DNA from: Lepidodermella squamata
Lineage: Eukaryota > Animalia > Gastrotricha
Assembly: GCA_047495785.1 (NCBI GenBank)
Contig: JBLDXI010000042.1
Span: forward strand, 5,084,001 to 5,148,000
DNA length: 64,000 bases
Direction: 5' to 3'
Shown here: piece by piece, positions 60,330 through 64,000 of the stretch
Layout of the letters: each line of letters starts with the position of its first letter
Numbering within the stretch: the first letter of the stretch is position 1
The notes under the pieces: generated by a model
What the model was told of the DNA's origin: nothing
Database searches by the model: none
Seen by the model: only the letters and a program-made list of their open reading frames with translations
Position numbers and translations under genes: made by a program

Positions 60330-61560
60330 CTAATTATAGTTAGGATCCCATCCAAAATGATCGAGTGGATGTGCATTGTAAATTATTCTTCTTCGCGTGA
60401 TTTTTTTTTCTTTGATAACAATGGCATTTTTTTCTTTGGCCGTCGGTTCAAGTCCGCGCAAAAATCGTGAAACCCAAACTTGAATGGTGGGTCAGTATAA
60501 GAATGATGCCAGGCGAGTTGCATGTCAAGCGAGTTGCGAAGTGTTGCAACACCCCCAATTTATCTGGCCAAAGCTTATCTATCCCTTTCAAAAGCTAATA
60601 AGAAAAAATATAAGAAAAACCGTCCTTGATTTCGTTGATGTGATCTTACGAAGTGTTGTCAAAGAATTCAATGGTCTTCCTACCAGTACGCCATCGAGCT
60701 TCTTTTCCGCACCACGATAACACCGTGGTCTTGGTCTACCAAAAGCATCTTGGGAAGCGTATTTACAAATATATAAAATCTGCAGGAAGCTTCTCATCCA
60801 TAACGAACCGCTTGTGATGGCTTGTAGGAACCTGGAAGGTGAAATGGAGGAATGCCTTGCCAAAATTGATATCGATTTAGCCTCGGACGGAAACCTCAAA
60901 TGCAATCTTGAAGAAGAGTTGGATGAAAATGATTGACATGACACAGAGAAGAACCTTCCGCCACACGTAAAAGCTATACGCAACAATTTGCGTGAACGAG
61001 AATTCCAAGCTTGGTGCAGCCTGGAACAAAAAGGAAAAGGAGTGTCTCAGTTCAAATGTGTGCCTAAAACAAACAACTGGGTTCTGCGAAGGAATGGCTT
61101 GAGTGTAGCAGAGTGGACAATGGCAATTAAGATGTCGACGAATACGGCGGCTCCGGTGAGAGGGGTGCCAGGTGTCAGTCAGGACGGTACCCAGTGTCGC
61201 AGATGCGGCGCTGAGATTGAAACGTCCTCAATTGCCAACTCAATTGCCCACGTCCTCGCCGGCGCTTGCCCCTTCAACTCGTTGCTGATTACTTCGAGAC
61301 GTAACAAGATCCGTCTGAAAATTGCCGTGAATTACGTAGCCAAGGCCTCAAAGTGACTGAGGAAGAACACTGATCGCCAACAATGGTTCAACGCGACGAT
61401 TCGACATTTTAGCAGTTCAAAAGGGGAGTAGAAATGGATTAATTATCGACCCGGCGATTAGATTCGAATCAACTATGAAGACCAGTTTACAGTTGTAGAT
61501 ATGGAAAAGCGCTCAATATATGAACCATGTAGTAACTTTATTTGTGAAGCTTTCAACGCT
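60330..61560 (+). mobile_element. Decayed 3' part of an RLE-type (R2/NeSL-group) non-LTR retrotransposon
   Basis: PKLIYPFQ..GLP..GLGLP post-RT region, CCHC knuckle CRRC..ET..HVL..C, then RRFDILA..GLIIDPAIRFE..EKRSIYEP (PD-(D/E)xK endonuclease). Stops and frameshifts are present. Confidence 0.8.
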
Positions 61561-61989
61561 AACAATCAATCCAAGTGAGTGATCAAAGTGAGTCGGGAAA
61601 GTGAGTCTTCGGAACCCCTGAAATCAACCTGGAAACTAAACTATAAAATCAGCCGGAATGCTACACCCGGGCTATGTTATGGGGAACTTTGGCAACCCAG
61701 GGTGACCAGGTGGTGGAAGGCGGGCGGGTTTCAACGTTAGCAACTAACAGCTGGGAACATATGGAACCCAGTGAACGGGGAACAAAACATTGTTTCATGT
61801 TGTGAATCCCTTGCCACGTGATTTACATGAAAACTGCTATCTGAAGCAGTTACCTGGTTTTCCATCACCGCTCACGTGACCTTTCATGCCCCGCTCATAT
61901 TTAGGTAATTTAGTAATGCGAGTCCTTGATTGATGCTATCCTGTTTTGTTAGATTTCGCAAATTTCAAGTCAGGGCGAATTTAAAAAAT

Positions 61990-63317
61990 GCTACGGCGCC
62001 GAAATGTTAGGCTGTAACGGGAGGTAATATCTTTCTATCGGAATAAAGTCTCTCGTTCACGGAACAAAATGTCTACAATTATCCGAAAGACATTTTAATT
62101 CGAAAAATTGTCGAAGTTATCGGAAAGTATCTTTTTTCCGTCGGAACAATGAAGCAAAAAAAAGATGGCGGCCACGCTTCAGCAATGGCTGCAGCCGGCC
62201 TAGTCAAGCTTGGCTAATTTAGTCATAGTAACCAAATTTTCAGATTTTTGAAGCTACGGTGCACTCAGTTTTCAATTTAATTAATTCGAGGAAGCTTGGG
62301 GACTAGTAATACATTTAAACACGGGGAATCTTTTGCTATTAAAATCGCTCTTATAGGATACCACAAGGCTGATCAGTCGCTTACGACCCGAGTTATAAAT
62401 CTTCTTGCGCTCTGAAGTTTTTTGGCAACACTTTTTTCTTGAGCTGGCAACCGGTTTGCTAGTCATCGATAGAGCACCTTCAAACATCAAATTAGCTAGT
62501 GATGGTTCTTGTTTATTAATTTATCGCCTTTTACGTGTGAAATGTGGGTAAGGGTTAAGGGTGAATGTGAGATCTTGGCTTCAATTTTGTCATTTTCCGT
62601 CGCTTAAAAGACATTTTCAGAGGATATTCAACAGCTTTGATGAAAACTTCGCGACTTTGCTTGAGGCTGTTCAGCTGGCGACGTGGAAGGCTGAGGTGAC
62701 CCATTCCGCCGTTATGAAGACATTTTCCTAAGGAGCGAAAAAAAGCCCCGTTTCCATGCGTTGGCTTTGGCCCACGAGCTAAGATGTGTCGCCATCGGCA
62801 TCATTCTGATCCTCTAGCGGTTAGAACGATGTCCCAAGCCCGGTCTTCGGCGGTTGTCTGCTTGGAGCTTCGGAGTATGAGACATCGAACAAGCAGGGAC
62901 AACTGGGCCTGTTGAGTAACCTGAGTTCGGCGAAGAAGGCAGCTGTATTCTGCGAGGTAGTAGTGGGTTACAAGTAATACAAGCAAGCGAAGCGCGGGCG
63001 GTGTTAAAATCGCGGCAGAAATCCTATTGTTCCTATTGGTCGTGTGACCCGAACCTATTTTCCAGTTATCGAAGCTGAAGATTAGGCAGTGAAAGCTGTG
63101 CCCCTGTTCGTGGTGGCTAGAGGCGTAGTTCATTGTTCCGTCATCGAAAAGACATTATTCGAGGAAAAAGATATTGATGGGGGAAAATAAGTAATTTCGA
63201 GTGAAAAGAGATATTTTTATTATTCCGATAGATTCCGACGGTAGAAGATATTTTGTTCCGCGTAACAGAGACATTGTTCCGATAGAAACATCTACGGCCT
63301 GTAACGGCACCGTAGCA
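61990..63317. mobile_element. Degenerate TIR element
   Basis: Ends GCTACGGCGCC and GGCACCGTAGC, with inverted subterminal blocks (TTTCTATCGGAA..CGGAACAAAAT versus ATTTTGTTCCG..TTCCGATAGAAA). Confidence 0.55.
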
Positions 63318-64000
63318 ATGCCGTAGTTAGGGGAGTAGTAGTAACGGTGCGAGTGCTATCAAATTCGACCTGGAAAAGTAATTTTGTGGCGGTTGCCGAT
63401 TGGACTGCCCAGCGATTTGTGTGATTTTCTATAATTATCATAATAATAATATGATATTCTATAATATAATTGTTAAGGTCGCCGATTTATCTCTTATTAA
63501 TTTAACTGCGATTTTTGCTGTTTTTTAGAGCTAATGCTAGTCATCGTTATTTGCGCACGGCACCTCGACGCGTGTGACATGAGCAGAGGTCGGCTGGATT
63601 TCGTGAATTTCGAACCACGCAACGACTCAATTTCGCAAATCTAAAACTCGTGAGTTATTTTTAATAATTTAGTGTGAACGATCTACCGAAATTTGCCGAA
63701 ATTCTCGATTTTTAAATCTCCAAAAATTCAATCGAATTCAAATCTTTAAAATGTGCTAATTTTGTTATATCTAAATCGCCAGTAATTCTTGCCTGTTTTT
63801 TTCAGGGGATGCGATGGCCGATCGAACGCAGTTTTGATGCTTCCGTTTTATCGTGACCTACTTCAAATTTCAAATAAAACGTCACACTGCATTCGGTCTC
63901 TTTCGACCTGCTTGAATTTCGCTATTCCACAGAATTTCTGGACTCTTGGCGACTGGCGACTGGCTCGGCTCGGTTCGGCGACTACACGCGACTCGAAGCG

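Noticed and set aside
62801-63133. 110-aa minus-strand ORF
   Set aside because: It lies inside a degenerate TIR element, with no recognisable domain or supporting exon structure.
63807-64000. Acceptor plus open frame at the right edge as a further exon of the PAN/lectin gene
   Set aside because: The phase is compatible, but there is no recognisable motif and it lies 7 kb away; not supportable without the next window.

Overview
Eukaryotic, most likely invertebrate animal, genomic DNA with short spliceosomal introns (mostly 50-65 nt) and many small transposons. From left to right: (1) 1-16.4 kb: two related minus-strand NEK-like kinase/ankyrin genes. Gene A reads pseudokinase-ANK-kinase-pseudokinase-ANK, carries lesions and runs off the left edge. 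Gene B reads kinase-ANK. Both are interrupted by, or separated by, DNA transposons, one carrying a WRKY/FLYWCH-type zinc finger. (2) An orphan two-exon gene at 18.8-21 kb, then about 13 kb with no convincing coding sequence. (3) Two duplicated small secreted peptide-precursor genes at 34.3-36.3 kb. (4) A tandem array of six intact, strongly diverged ERp44-like ER thioredoxin-fold genes at 37-50 kb, with five different CxxS motifs and six different ER-retrieval signals. (5) A divergent class A-like GPCR, a disrupted PAN/C-type lectin gene, and LINE and MITE debris up to 64 kb. All gene models were built by hand from the ORF track and splice signals; no database searches were run.
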